Below, in pieces: positions 28,736 through 38,385 of a DNA stretch of 64,000 nt. The notes under the pieces were generated by a model. That model was not told the origin of the DNA. It saw only the letters and a list, made by a program, of their open reading frames with translations, and did no database searches. Source of the stretch: Myxococcota bacterium (lineage in GTDB: Bacteria > Myxococcota_A > UBA796 > UBA2385); NCBI GenBank assembly GCA_023150805.1, contig JAKLKF010000008.1, forward strand, positions 17,469-81,468. Direction: 5' to 3'. The position numbers and the translations under genes were made by a program. Numbering within the stretch: position 1 is the stretch's first letter; each line of letters starts with the position of its first letter.

Positions 28736-31700
28736 ATGCCCTCCTCCACCGACGTCCTCGTCGACAAGCTCGATCCCCGGCTCGCCAGCCTGCTGCGCGT
28801 GACCCCCCAGGCCCTGCTGGACCTGGTGGACCGCGACCTGCGGGTCGGGCGCGACCTGGACCTGCGGCGCCAGGTCCTGCGGCCCGACCTGGCGCAGACC
28901 TTCGACGACCTTCACGACGAGCCGGACGACGGGCCGCGCTCGCCCGACGGCGACCCCGACGAGGCAGTCGGCGCGCGGCTGGCCGCCTTCGCGGCGCGGG
29001 CGCGCGCGGCGATCGACGCCCGGCACGGCGCGGTGCTGGGGCGTACGCGGGCCTCGGCGGCCGTCGCGACGCCGGTGGCGCTCTCGCCCCTGACCACCGG
29101 GGTCCGCAAGGGCCTGGACGGCGTGGCGCGGATGCGCGTGCTGGTGCGCGGGGACGTGACCGACGAGGCGCTGGGCGGCGATGCGGTCGTGCGGGCGCGG
29201 GCCGGCCGGGTGGCCCTCTGCGAGCTGACCCCGGCCCAGGTGCGGGCCGTCGCCGCCCTCGACGGCGTCGAGCAGGTCGAGCTGGCGCGGCCGGTGCACG
29301 CCGCGCTGGACCAGGTGCGGGAGGAGCTGGGCATGCCCGGCGACGGGGCCGCCGCCGCCGCCGCCGACCTGCCGACCGGCAAGGGCGTGGTCATCGGCGT
29401 CGTCGACTTCGGCCTGGACCTGCACCACAGCGAGCTGCGGCGCGCCGACGGCAGCAGCCGGGTGCTCGGGCTGTGGGACCAGGCGGCGCCCGAGGGCCCC
29501 CACGGGCGTCGGCCGGCCGCCGGCTACGGCTGGGAGTGGGACGCCGCCGACATCGCCGCCGAGCTGTCCGGCGGCGCGCCGCCCTACGCGGTCGTCCCCC
29601 ACCGCTGGGACCGCCAGGGCGGCCACGACCCCGAGGTCGACGGCCCCGCCGGCGGGCTGTGGATGCGCCACGGCACCCACGTGGCCTGCGTGGCCGCGGG
29701 CAACGGCCACAGCGGCCTGCCCGGCGTGCGCGGCATCGCACCCGACGCCGAGCTGCTCTTCGTCAGCCTGGACCCGGCCGTGCGCCTGGCCGGCGCCGAG
29801 GACCTGTGGGGCGTGGCCGGGGTCGACCGGGTCGTCGAGGGCGTCAAGTGGATCCTGGCCCGCGCCGACGCGCTGCAGGCCGAGCGCGGGCAGGACCTGC
29901 CCGTCGTCATCAACCTCAGCCTGGCCGACTACACCGGCCCGCACGACGGCCACAGCAACCACCAGGCCTTCCTGGACGCCCTGCAGGACCTGCCCGGCCG
30001 GATCGTCGTGGTCGCCGCCGGCAACGCCAACGACCAGGGCGGGCACGTCTCCAGGGGGCTGCACCCGCGCGGCAGCGTGGACCCCCGCGGCGCCCACGGC
30101 GCCACGCTGGCGCTGGAGGTCGACGAGGGCGCGGTGGCCGACGACGCCTGCGAGCTGTGGCTGGAGGGGCTGGAGGACGTGGCGCTGCGGCTGACCATCC
30201 CCGGCGGAGACACGACGCTCTCGCTGCCGATGGGCCAGGCTGGCGCCGACGTGGTCGTCACCGCGGGCGATCGGCGCGTGCGCCTGCTGGCCGCCCGCGT
30301 CAAGCGGCGCGAGGCCGAGCTGCAGGGCATCCGGGTCGACATCCTGGTCGAGCAGGGCGGCCTGCCGACCGGCACCTGGGCCCTGGACCTGTCGGGCCCC
30401 GGTCACCAGGCCCGCGAGCTGCACGCCTGGCTGGAGTGGAGCAACGCCGGCCACCGCCGCTGGGTGGACGCCGTCGACGGCGAGCTGACCATCAGCGACC
30501 TGGGCACGCACGACGCGCTGCTGGTGGTCGGATCGACCGGCAAGCGCCTGGGCGGCGCCCTGTCCACGCCGGCGCGCCACTCGGGGCGGGGGCCGACCCG
30601 CGACGGCCGCCAGAAGCCGGACATCGCCGCCCCGGGCAACAACCTGCGCCTGTCGGAGCCGCACGGGCGCGTCCACCGCGGCAGCGGCACGGGCAAGGAG
30701 TACCTGCGCGGCTCGGGCTCGGGCACCAGCCTGGCCACCGCGGTCGTCAGCGGCGCCTGCGCCGTCATCCTGGAGTGCCGCGGGGTCCCCGGCCAGCCGG
30801 CCATGCTGACCACCTCCGAGCTGCGCCAGATCCTGCGCAGCACCGCCCGCCGCGAGGTGGGAGCACCCACCGGGCTGCGCGTGGACTTCGAGGACGGGGT
30901 CCACCCCGCGGTCGGCGCGGGGGTGCTGGACCTCGCCGCCGCCTGCCGCGCCCGCCGGTCGGCGGCGGACCTGTGGAGCGCCAGCAGCCCCAAGGACGAG
31001 GGCGTGCAGCCCCGCGCCGCGCCCTTCTTCTGGGTCTCCCCGGACATCGAGGTGGAGCCCAGCGGCGCGCCGCGCGGCGCCACCCCCGCCGGCGCCCGGG
31101 TGCGGGTGACCGTGCGCAACCGGGGCGAGGCCGACGCCCACGGCGTCCGCGTCGCGCTGGGGTGGGGGCCCCCGATCACCTGGCTGCCGGTCGATCCCGA
31201 CTGGCTGCGCCGGGGCGAGGGGCCGGGCTGGAGCCGCCTCCGCCGCGGGCGGGACCCGGGCGACGGTGCCCTGGCCTGGTCCGGCGAGGGGGTACAGGCC
31301 GACCGCACCCGCAGCGCGGTGGCCCTGGTGGGCCGGGTGCCCGCGGGCGGGCGCGCGGTCGCCGAGTTCGAGTGGGCCGCCCCCGACGACGCCCCCTCCG
31401 CCGAGCAGGTCGCCTGGTTCGCGATGGTCAGCGGCGGCGAGGACCCCGACGCCGGCCCCTTCGGGCGGGTGGTGTCCGCCTCCTCCCACCTGCTGCTGCG
31501 CAGCCGGAACGAGGTGGCCACCCGGTCGGTGGTCTCGCTGACCCCGGACGCCGACGGGCAGGCCGAGCTGCGGCTGGAGGTGCACGGCACCCCGGAGCGC
31601 GACGGCCTGCTGCTGCGCGGCGAAGGCGGCGCCCGGATCCTCTCGGTCCACCTGCCCTCCCAGGCCCTGCCCTTCTACGCCGGCGTGCCGACGGCGCTGC

Positions 31701-32074
31701 TGGCGGCACGCAGCCGCTCCGGCGCCCTGCGCGACGGCTCCCTGGACGATGCCCGGGCCGCCGAGCGCGCGCTGCTGGAGGCCCTGGGCGACGGTCGCGC
31801 GGCCGACCCGGTCGCGACCCTGGGCGCCCGCGGCTTCTCCCGCCTCTCGCTCCACGAGGACAAGCTCCTCGGCGTGCGGGCCGACCTGGTCGCCTCCGGC
31901 GGCGCCCCGGTCCTCCCGGAGCTGCGCCTGGAGGCCGGCGCCCTGCTGCCGGTCGCCGTCCGCTTCGCCGGCCCGCCGGGCGCCACCGTGCACGTCGTCC
32001 ACCTGGCCGACGCCCGGCCCATCGGCGGGGTCACGGGGCTGCTGGCGGGGAGCGCGGGATGGACGCACCGCTGA
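28736..32074 (+). CDS. Subtilisin-like S8 serine peptidase, cytoplasmic (no signal peptide), with a large C-terminal extension
   Basis: 1112-aa ORF with GCGGAG upstream. Catalytic motifs GVVIGVVDFGLD (Asp), HGTHVACVAAGNG (His), VINLSL (Asn) and GSGTSLATAVVSGA (Ser). The C-terminal ~400 aa include a CARDB-like beta-sandwich segment (RVRVTVRNRGEADAHGVRVALGW). Confidence 0.9.
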   Translation: MPSSTDVLVDKLDPRLASLLRVTPQALLDLVDRDLRVGRDLDLRRQVLRPDLAQTFDDLHDEPDDGPRSPDGDPDEAVGARLAAFAARARAAIDARHGAVLGRTRASAAVATPVALSPLTTGVRKGLDGVARMRVLVRGDVTDEALGGDAVVRARAGRVALCELTPAQVRAVAALDGVEQVELARPVHAALDQVREELGMPGDGAAAAAADLPTGKGVVIGVVDFGLDLHHSELRRADGSSRVLGLWDQAAPEGPHGRRPAAGYGWEWDAADIAAELSGGAPPYAVVPHRWDRQGGHDPEVDGPAGGLWMRHGTHVACVAAGNGHSGLPGVRGIAPDAELLFVSLDPAVRLAGAEDLWGVAGVDRVVEGVKWILARADALQAERGQDLPVVINLSLADYTGPHDGHSNHQAFLDALQDLPGRIVVVAAGNANDQGGHVSRGLHPRGSVDPRGAHGATLALEVDEGAVADDACELWLEGLEDVALRLTIPGGDTTLSLPMGQAGADVVVTAGDRRVRLLAARVKRREAELQGIRVDILVEQGGLPTGTWALDLSGPGHQARELHAWLEWSNAGHRRWVDAVDGELTISDLGTHDALLVVGSTGKRLGGALSTPARHSGRGPTRDGRQKPDIAAPGNNLRLSEPHGRVHRGSGTGKEYLRGSGSGTSLATAVVSGACAVILECRGVPGQPAMLTTSELRQILRSTARREVGAPTGLRVDFEDGVHPAVGAGVLDLAAACRARRSAADLWSASSPKDEGVQPRAAPFFWVSPDIEVEPSGAPRGATPAGARVRVTVRNRGEADAHGVRVALGWGPPITWLPVDPDWLRRGEGPGWSRLRRGRDPGDGALAWSGEGVQADRTRSAVALVGRVPAGGRAVAEFEWAAPDDAPSAEQVAWFAMVSGGEDPDAGPFGRVVSASSHLLLRSRNEVATRSVVSLTPDADGQAELRLEVHGTPERDGLLLRGEGGARILSVHLPSQALPFYAGVPTALLAARSRSGALRDGSLDDARAAERALLEALGDGRAADPVATLGARGFSRLSLHEDKLLGVRADLVASGGAPVLPELRLEAGALLPVAVRFAGPPGATVHVVHLADARPIGGVTGLLAGSAGWTHR

Positions 32075-33705
32075 GCGGCGGGGGCGCGCGTCCGGCCGCC
32101 GGGCGGGCGGCCACGGGGCGCCAGGACCTCGCGCGCCGCGCGGAGCAGGCCCTCACCGGCGTCGCCGTCGTGGTGGTCGGCGTCGCGGCGGCCTGGGACC
32201 GGGTGGGGGACCTGTCCCGGGTGGCGGTGGACCGCGACTGGAGCTGGTTCCTGCGGGCCGGCGAGCAGCTCGCGCACGGCTACGACTGGGGCGGGCCGGT
32301 CATGTTCATGTACCCGCGGGCCTCCTCGGGCTTGATCGGCCTGCTGGGCAGGCTGCTGGACGGGCCCTGGGCCGCGGTGGCCGCCTTCACGGTGCTGTGC
32401 AGCCTGGCGATGCCGCTGTCCCTGCTGGCGGTCCGACAGGTGGCGGGCCTGCCCGCGGGCCTGGTCGCCGCCGGTGTGCTCTGGGTGTCGGCCAGCCAGC
32501 GGGCCATCGGCGTCGGCCTGAAGTCGCCCTACATGCTGCCGGCGGTCACGGCGCTGCTCGCCCTGGGGCTCGTCGCCTCCGCGCACCGGCGGCCCTGGGC
32601 CCTCCCGCTGGTCGCCTTCGCGGGCTCCGCGTCGGTGTGCCTGCACGTGGGGACCGGGCCGGCCGCGGTCTTCGCGGGCCTGCTGGCCCTGGGGGGCCTG
32701 CCGCTGCTGGCCGGCTGGCGGCAGCGCCTGGGCAGCGTGCTGGGCGCGGTCGCCGCCGGTGGACCGCTCTCGGCGTGGGTGCTCCTGGGGGATCTGCCCC
32801 GGCTGCTGGGCAGCCTGCGCAGCCACCAGGGCCGCAGCGTGGAGGGGGCCCAGCCGGTCCAGGAGCTGCTCCTGCGCCTCCAGCAGGGGCTGTCCCTGAC
32901 CCTGGAGACCGCCCGGCCCCTGGCCCTGGTCGCGGTCGCCGGCCTGGTCCTGGGCCTGGTCTGGGCCCTGCTGCCGGCCCCGGCGGAGCGCCTCGACGCC
33001 CGGCGGGCGCACCGCGCGCGGTGGTCGGGCAGCGTCCAGGTCCTCCTGCTTGCGGGGGTCCTGCTGGCGCCCTACCTCGAGAACCTGTACGCGCTGCGCT
33101 ACGCCGAGGTGCACCACTTCGTGGGGGCGGTCCCGCCGCTGGTGGTCGCGTTGGCCGGGCTGTCCGCCGCGATCCTGCCGCCCCGGGTGCGGGTCCTGGG
33201 CTGGCTGCTGGCGGCGGCCTCGTTGCTGCCCTGGCTGCGGGACGCGCGCGACATCGCGCCCTCGAGGCCGAGCACGCCGGTCGCGATGCACCTGGCCGCC
33301 CCCCTGCTGGACCTGGGCCAGGCCATGCGCGACCAGAGCGAGGGTCGGCAGCCCGTCGTCATCGCGCTCACGGACCAGCCCAGGGCCTCCGACCTGGAGC
33401 TGGTGTCCGTGGTCGCCACCGAGCTGCCCCAGCTCCGGCGCGCGGCGGTGCAGGGGCAGCCGCCCACCTGCTTCCTCCTGTTCCAGGGCGCGGTCCCTCC
33501 CTTCGCGCTGGCGCTGCCCGCGCTGTCCCTGCCCACCCTGCCCGGGCTGGACGTGCGCCACGACGAGGACTGCCAGGCCACCCGCGCGCAGGCGGCGACC
33601 TTCTGCCAGCCGGCGCCCGGCCAGACGCCCTTCTTCCGGCAGCCCTTCGGCCACCCGCTGGCGGAGGACGAGCTGCTGGGGGCATGTCCCCCGCGGCCGC
33701 GGTAG
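32059..33705 (+). CDS. Polytopic membrane protein (about 10-12 TM segments; GT-C glycosyltransferase-like topology is only a guess) with a C-terminal soluble domain
   Basis: Internal ATG of track ORF 28192..33705, overlapping the S8 gene by 16 nt. Many hydrophobic segments (GVAVVVVGVAAAW, AAVAAFTVLCSLAMPLSLLAV, LPAVTALLALGLVASA, LALVAVAGLVLGLVWALL, VLGWLLAAASLLPWL). Confidence 0.7.
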   Translation: MDAPLSGGGARPAAGRAATGRQDLARRAEQALTGVAVVVVGVAAAWDRVGDLSRVAVDRDWSWFLRAGEQLAHGYDWGGPVMFMYPRASSGLIGLLGRLLDGPWAAVAAFTVLCSLAMPLSLLAVRQVAGLPAGLVAAGVLWVSASQRAIGVGLKSPYMLPAVTALLALGLVASAHRRPWALPLVAFAGSASVCLHVGTGPAAVFAGLLALGGLPLLAGWRQRLGSVLGAVAAGGPLSAWVLLGDLPRLLGSLRSHQGRSVEGAQPVQELLLRLQQGLSLTLETARPLALVAVAGLVLGLVWALLPAPAERLDARRAHRARWSGSVQVLLLAGVLLAPYLENLYALRYAEVHHFVGAVPPLVVALAGLSAAILPPRVRVLGWLLAAASLLPWLRDARDIAPSRPSTPVAMHLAAPLLDLGQAMRDQSEGRQPVVIALTDQPRASDLELVSVVATELPQLRRAAVQGQPPTCFLLFQGAVPPFALALPALSLPTLPGLDVRHDEDCQATRAQAATFCQPAPGQTPFFRQPFGHPLAEDELLGACPPRPR

Positions 33706-33728
33706 GGGTTCCACCTCCGGGAGGCCCC

Positions 33729-34592
33729 ATGGCCGATGTCCTGCACGAGCTGGTCGAGCTGCTGGCGCTCGAGCGTATCGAGGAGAACCTGTTCCGCGGG
33801 CAGAGCCAGGACCTGGGCTGGGGCGCGGTCTTCGGCGGGCAGGTGCTGGGCCAGGCCCTCTCCGCCGCCGAGCAGACCGTGCCCTCCGACCGGCCCTGCC
33901 ACAGCCTGCACGCCTACTTCCTGCGCAGCGGGGACGTGCGCCGCCCCATCGTCTACGAGGTGGATCGCATCCGGGACGGGCACAGCTTCACCACCCGGCG
34001 GGTGCGCGCGGTGCAGGGCGGCGAGGCGATCTTCAGCCTGTCCGCCAGCTTCCACCTGCAGGAGGAGGGCTTCTCCCACCAGGACCCGATCCCGGCCACC
34101 GTGGACCCCGAGTCGCTCAAGAGCGAGGTCGAGCTGGCCCGCATGGTGGCCGACCTGCTGCCGCCCGGCCTGCGCGAGCGGGCCACGGCCACCCGTCCCA
34201 TCGACATCCGGCCGGTCCACCCCAGCAACCCGATGGCGCCCCGGGTCCTGCCGCCGACCAAGCAGGTCTGGTTCAAGGCCATCGACGCCCTGCCCGACGA
34301 CCCCAAGCTGCACCGCTACCTGCTGGCCTATGCCAGCGACTTCCACTTCCTGGTCACCGCGCTGCACCCGCACGGCGTCTCCTGGCTGACCCGCGGCATG
34401 CAGGTCGCCAGCCTGGACCACGCCATGTGGTTCCACCGGCCCTTCCGCATGGACGACTGGCTGCTGCACGACATGGACAGTCCCAGCGCCGGCGGCGCCC
34501 TGGGGCTGGTCCGCGGTCGCGTCTACGATCGCGCCGGCAACCTGGTGGCGACCACGATGCAGGAGGGGCTGATCCGCGACCGGCGCGCCTGA
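33729..34592 (+). CDS. tesB: Acyl-CoA thioesterase II
   Basis: Internal ATG of track ORF 31749..34592, with GGGAGG upstream. Collinear with E. coli TesB: LALERIEENLFRGQSQDLGWGAVFGGQVLGQAL, HSLHAYFLRSGD, RDGHSFTTRRV, LLAYASDF, SLDHAMWFHRPF, TTMQEGLIR. Confidence 0.95.
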   Translation: MADVLHELVELLALERIEENLFRGQSQDLGWGAVFGGQVLGQALSAAEQTVPSDRPCHSLHAYFLRSGDVRRPIVYEVDRIRDGHSFTTRRVRAVQGGEAIFSLSASFHLQEEGFSHQDPIPATVDPESLKSEVELARMVADLLPPGLRERATATRPIDIRPVHPSNPMAPRVLPPTKQVWFKAIDALPDDPKLHRYLLAYASDFHFLVTALHPHGVSWLTRGMQVASLDHAMWFHRPFRMDDWLLHDMDSPSAGGALGLVRGRVYDRAGNLVATTMQEGLIRDRRA

Positions 34593-34601
34593 CCGGGCCG
34601 G

Positions 34602-35489
34602 CTACAGGCCGCAGGCCCCGCTGTCTCCCAGCTCCTCCGTCCAGCCCTCGCTGTCCCAGGACCAGGTCGCCTCGCCCGAGGACGACCAGCACTGGCGGAG
34701 CTGCACGGTCGCCGCGTACAGGTCCCCGCCCGACAGCCAGGCGTCGCCCCGGCCGGTGCCGTCGCTCAGCCAGCGGCTCTCGACCGTCAGCGCCTCGTCG
34801 CCGGCCCCGTGCAGCGCCGGTACCGCGTCCGCCGGCTGGCTGTGCGAAAGGCGCCCGCCCCCGTCGGCCTCCTCCGTCCAGGTCCACTGCTGGTCGATGG
34901 CGCCCCCGCCCAGGTCCAGCGCCGTCACCACGGCGCCGATGGTGGGCGTGTCCCGCAGGTCGTAGGTGATCGCGACCTCCCCCTGCCCGGTCGGATCGCG
35001 CCACCACACGGCGCCCTCGCCGAGCGCGACCTGCTCCTCGCCCACCTCGTGGCGCCCCTCCAGCAGCTCGGCCCAGGGTCCGGCCGAGGTCTCCGCCACC
35101 TGGAAGGCGTAGGTGTAGAGGGCCCCGGTCGAGGAGCGGCTCAGCTCCACCCGCAGGAACCAGTCGGGATTGTCCTCGTAGGGGAAGGGCCCCCACACCC
35201 GGTAGTCCTCGCCGCGCTCGGAGGGGGGCAACGCCAGCACCTGGGCGGTGGCGTCGGTGGCCAGGGCCAGCACCGCGCCGCCGACGCTCAGCGTCTGCAC
35301 GGTGATCGCGTACAGATCGGCGGGGTCCTCGACCACGCCCTCGGCCGGCGCCGGGTAGGACAGGGCGAGGTGCTGGTCGCTGGGCAGGGCGGCGGCGAAG
35401 TCGGCGTCGTCCAGGAACAGGTCGTTGGAGAAGGTGCTGCCGCAGGCCGACAGCAGCAGGACCAGGCCGGCGGCGGGCAGGGTGGTCAT
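34602..35489 (-). CDS. Lipoprotein, family L copy 1 (paralog of 45043..45993)
   Basis: Internal ATG (35489) of track ORF 34602..35852. Lipobox LLLSAC. Shares SRWL..G.GRGDA.L..G...CW and a C-terminal GACG/A with the 45043 gene. Its start overlaps the caspase gene stop by 1 nt. Confidence 0.75.
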   Translation of the reverse strand: MTTLPAAGLVLLLSACGSTFSNDLFLDDADFAAALPSDQHLALSYPAPAEGVVEDPADLYAITVQTLSVGGAVLALATDATAQVLALPPSERGEDYRVWGPFPYEDNPDWFLRVELSRSSTGALYTYAFQVAETSAGPWAELLEGRHEVGEEQVALGEGAVWWRDPTGQGEVAITYDLRDTPTIGAVVTALDLGGGAIDQQWTWTEEADGGGRLSHSQPADAVPALHGAGDEALTVESRWLSDGTGRGDAWLSGGDLYAATVQLRQCWSSSGEATWSWDSEGWTEELGDSGACGL

Positions 35490-37069
35490 CAGAAGCGGTA
35501 CCCCGCGGCCAGCAGGAGCTGGTGCATCGTGAACAGGGGCAGGTCCTCCTCCAGGGCGACCGGCACCAGGTGCTCGCGCCAGGACAGCTCGGCCTCCAGG
35601 CGGCGGTGGCGGACGCCGACCCAGGCGTCCATGCCCGGTGACAGCGTGGACAGTCGCTGGGCTGGCACCTGCTGGGTCGGGTCGAAGCTTCGGCCCAGCC
35701 ACAGCGCGTCGGCGCGCAGGCCGATGCCCGCCTGCACCGTGCGGGGCCGCGTCGCGTAGCCGGCGGCCGCGCCCAGGCCCGCCCCGGCCAGCCCGGCCGC
35801 CACCGTGCTGGTGTCGGTGATCGCCAGCGACCCGGCGCCGACCCCGCCCCACAGCTCGGCCGAGGCCCAGCGCCCGTCGCGCCAGTACAGTCGCCAGGTG
35901 GCGCTGGCCACCGGGATGTCGGGCAGCCAGGCGGCGCGCACCCGGGCCCCGTCGGCGCCCAGCACGCCCAGGCCCAGCCGCAGCGCCGTGTCCGGCAGCT
36001 CCGCCTGGCGGATCCGGGCCTCGATGGCGCCCTTGGCCTCGTCGTCCTCGTACTCCATCGCCGAGAAGGCCAGGCCCGCCGCGTCGATGGACTGTCCATC
36101 GCGCACGGTGACCTCGGCCACCTTCAGGTGGGTCGGCAGGCGCCGTCGCACCTGGTAGCGGCCCGGCGGCAGGTGCACGCGGCGGTCGGTCGGGGACTCG
36201 GCCACTTCGGCGACGTAGGCCCGGCGGTCCAGGTCGAAGATGGCGAAGGCGCCGTCCAGGTCGGGGCCGAAGGCCAGGCTGCCGCGGGACGGGTCCAGCT
36301 CGGCCAGGACCAGGTCGCCCTCGCCGGACAGGGCCCAGTCGAAGGTGGGGTGCTGGGTGCCGATGCGGGTGGCCGAGGTCCGCAGCACGGTCTCGTGGTA
36401 GACGAAGGCGTAGGCCTCCGACAGGGTGACGGCCCGGTCGCCGTCGGCGTCGGCGGCGCCGTACAGGCCGCTGGCCAGGTAGTGCGTGAAGTACGATCCG
36501 CCGATCTCGTCGGACTCCTGGCTGGCCTCGTCGCCCGTCGAGCTGGTGATGAAGACGGTGCCGCTGGTGCCCAGGCGCTCGGACAGCTTCACCTCGAAGG
36601 CCGGCACCCGGCTGCCCCCCTTGCTGCGGGTCGCCGCGCCGCTGTGACAGGCGTCGAGCAGGGCCAGCCGCACGTCGGCGCCGGTCTCGGCCAGCAGGCG
36701 CTCCAGCTCGTCGTAGTCCAGGCGGCTCTCGCCCATGAGCAGGGACTGTTCATCGCCGTGGCCCGACCAGTAGAACAGGAAGACCACCTCGTCGCCCTCG
36801 GCGTGGGCCCGGGCCACGGCGCGCCGGGCCTGGGCGAAGGCGTCCTGCACGCGGTCGGCCGTCGCCTCCCGCACCAGGTCGACGTCGGCCTCGTCGTAGC
36901 CGCCGACGTCGACCAGCACGTCGCGCAGCTTCCCGGCGTCGTCCTCGGCGAAGTACAGCGAGCGGTAGACCATCCCGGCGTCGTTGTTGGCGGCCACCAG
37001 GGCGAAGCGGCGCACCTCGGCCGCCGCCGGGCCGGCGAGGGAGAGCGCGAGCAGGGCCGGGCCGATCAC
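35489..37069 (-). CDS. Caspase-family (peptidase C14) protein with signal peptide and C-terminal beta-barrel-like domain
   Basis: GTG start overlapping the anti-sigma stop (GTGA). Signal IGPALLALSLAGPAAA. C14 dyad motifs VVFLFYWSGHGD and RLALLDACHSGA. The C-terminal ~170 aa are Gly/aromatic strand-rich and end AAGYRF, an OMP-like terminal Phe. Confidence 0.85.
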   Translation of the reverse strand: MIGPALLALSLAGPAAAEVRRFALVAANNDAGMVYRSLYFAEDDAGKLRDVLVDVGGYDEADVDLVREATADRVQDAFAQARRAVARAHAEGDEVVFLFYWSGHGDEQSLLMGESRLDYDELERLLAETGADVRLALLDACHSGAATRSKGGSRVPAFEVKLSERLGTSGTVFITSSTGDEASQESDEIGGSYFTHYLASGLYGAADADGDRAVTLSEAYAFVYHETVLRTSATRIGTQHPTFDWALSGEGDLVLAELDPSRGSLAFGPDLDGAFAIFDLDRRAYVAEVAESPTDRRVHLPPGRYQVRRRLPTHLKVAEVTVRDGQSIDAAGLAFSAMEYEDDEAKGAIEARIRQAELPDTALRLGLGVLGADGARVRAAWLPDIPVASATWRLYWRDGRWASAELWGGVGAGSLAITDTSTVAAGLAGAGLGAAAGYATRPRTVQAGIGLRADALWLGRSFDPTQQVPAQRLSTLSPGMDAWVGVRHRRLEAELSWREHLVPVALEEDLPLFTMHQLLLAAGYRF

Positions 37070-37782
37070 GGCGCCTTGCCGACGGAGAGGACGGCGACGC
37101 CGGGGTCGGTCTGCGCGAGGGAGGCCACGGCAGCCTGCCCGCCCCGGGCCTGGGCGGCCCGCACCATTGCGACGGCCTCGGCGGTGCTGGCCGGCCCGAA
37201 GACCGCGACGAACAGCTCGGGCCCCGGCGCGTCGTCCAGGGCCACGGCGTCCACCAGCAGGCCGCGCTGGTCGGGGTCGACCGGCACCGGGGGCTGCTCG
37301 ACCCGCTCGGGGTACAGCAGGCTGACCCGGCCCCGGCCGTCGACCGAGAGCACGACCACCTCCTCGTGGCCGTCGGCCTGGACGGCGAAGCGCACCCGGT
37401 CGCCCTGCGCCAGCACCTCGCCCTCCTCCACCTGCACCGCCTGGCCCCCGCGCTGCACGTACAGGTCCAGGTCGACCCGGCCCTTGGCCCGGTTGGCGCC
37501 GGGCTCGGGCAGCACGGCGACCAGGGCCAGTGCGGCGGCCAGCAGGGGGATCAGCAGCAGGGCCGGTCGCCAGGAGCGCCGGGGCGGGCGCGCGGCGGAC
37601 GGGGGCGGCCGGATCCGGTCCAGGTCCAGCGGGGGGAGGTCGGCGCGGGCCGCCTCCAGCTCGCGGGCGTGGCGGTGCAGGGCCAGGTGGTCGGCCAGGC
37701 CCAGGTCGGCCTCGCCCAGGAGCTGCCGCTCCAGGTCCAGCCGGGACGGGCGGTCGCCCTGGTTCAGGTCGAGGCGGATCAT
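37066..37782 (-). CDS. Anti-sigma factor, single-pass membrane protein with periplasmic DUF4384-like domain
   Basis: Internal ATG (37782) of track ORF 37066..38253; ATGA overlap with the sigma gene stop. N-terminus LDLERQLLGEADLGLADHLALHRHARELEA. TM WRPALLLIPLLAAALALVAVL. DUF4384-like GEVLAQGDRVRFAVQADGHEEVVVLSVDGRGRVSLLYP. Confidence 0.75.
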   Translation of the reverse strand: MIRLDLNQGDRPSRLDLERQLLGEADLGLADHLALHRHARELEAARADLPPLDLDRIRPPPSAARPPRRSWRPALLLIPLLAAALALVAVLPEPGANRAKGRVDLDLYVQRGGQAVQVEEGEVLAQGDRVRFAVQADGHEEVVVLSVDGRGRVSLLYPERVEQPPVPVDPDQRGLLVDAVALDDAPGPELFVAVFGPASTAEAVAMVRAAQARGGQAAVASLAQTDPGVAVLSVGKAP

Positions 37783-38330
37783 GGCAGCACCAGGAGCAAC
37801 AGCGCCGCGCCCGCCGCCACCAGGGGGCCGGCCTTCTGCTGCGCGCGGGCCAGGAAGTCGTTCAGCCGCTTGCGCACGGTGGGCACCGAGAGGCCCACCA
37901 GCCGCGCCGTCTCCTCCTTGCTCAGGTCGTCGAAGAACAGGTGCACGACGATGGCCTGGGTCTGCTCCTCCTCGTCCTGGAGCAGGGCGCGCACCGTGTC
38001 GCGGTCCTCCCACCGCTCGGCGCTGAGCACCCTGCCGGACAGCCCCTCCAGCAGCGCGTGGTGGCGGTCCTGCTTGTCGGCGCGGCCCCGGCGGTTGCGG
38101 AGCTGGTTGAGGCACCAGTTCGTCGAGATGCGGTACATCCAGGTCAGGGGCGAGGCGTCCTGGCGGAAGCCGTCCCAGTGCTGCACCACGCGGGCGAAGG
38201 TCTCCTGCACGGCGTCCATGGCCTCCTCCTCGTCGCCGAGGATCCGCCGGCACCGGTGGAGGATGACGGGCCCGTAGCGCTCGTAGAGGTGGCGCAGCTC
38301 GGGGTCGGTCGGGGGCATCGGCGGCTCCAT
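37779..38330 (-). CDS. ECF-type RNA polymerase sigma-70 family factor
   Basis: 183-aa ORF. Region 2 (EEAMDAVQETFARVVQHWDGFRQDASPLTWMYRISTNWCLNQLR) and region 4 HTH (LSKEETARLVGLSVPTVRKRL). Confidence 0.9.
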   Translation of the reverse strand: MEPPMPPTDPELRHLYERYGPVILHRCRRILGDEEEAMDAVQETFARVVQHWDGFRQDASPLTWMYRISTNWCLNQLRNRRGRADKQDRHHALLEGLSGRVLSAERWEDRDTVRALLQDEEEQTQAIVVHLFFDDLSKEETARLVGLSVPTVRKRLNDFLARAQQKAGPLVAAGAALLLLVLP

Positions 38331-38385
38331 CAGGTTGGACCCACGGGCGCGCAGGATCGGAAAGGGCCGGTGCAGGCGGGCGCGA

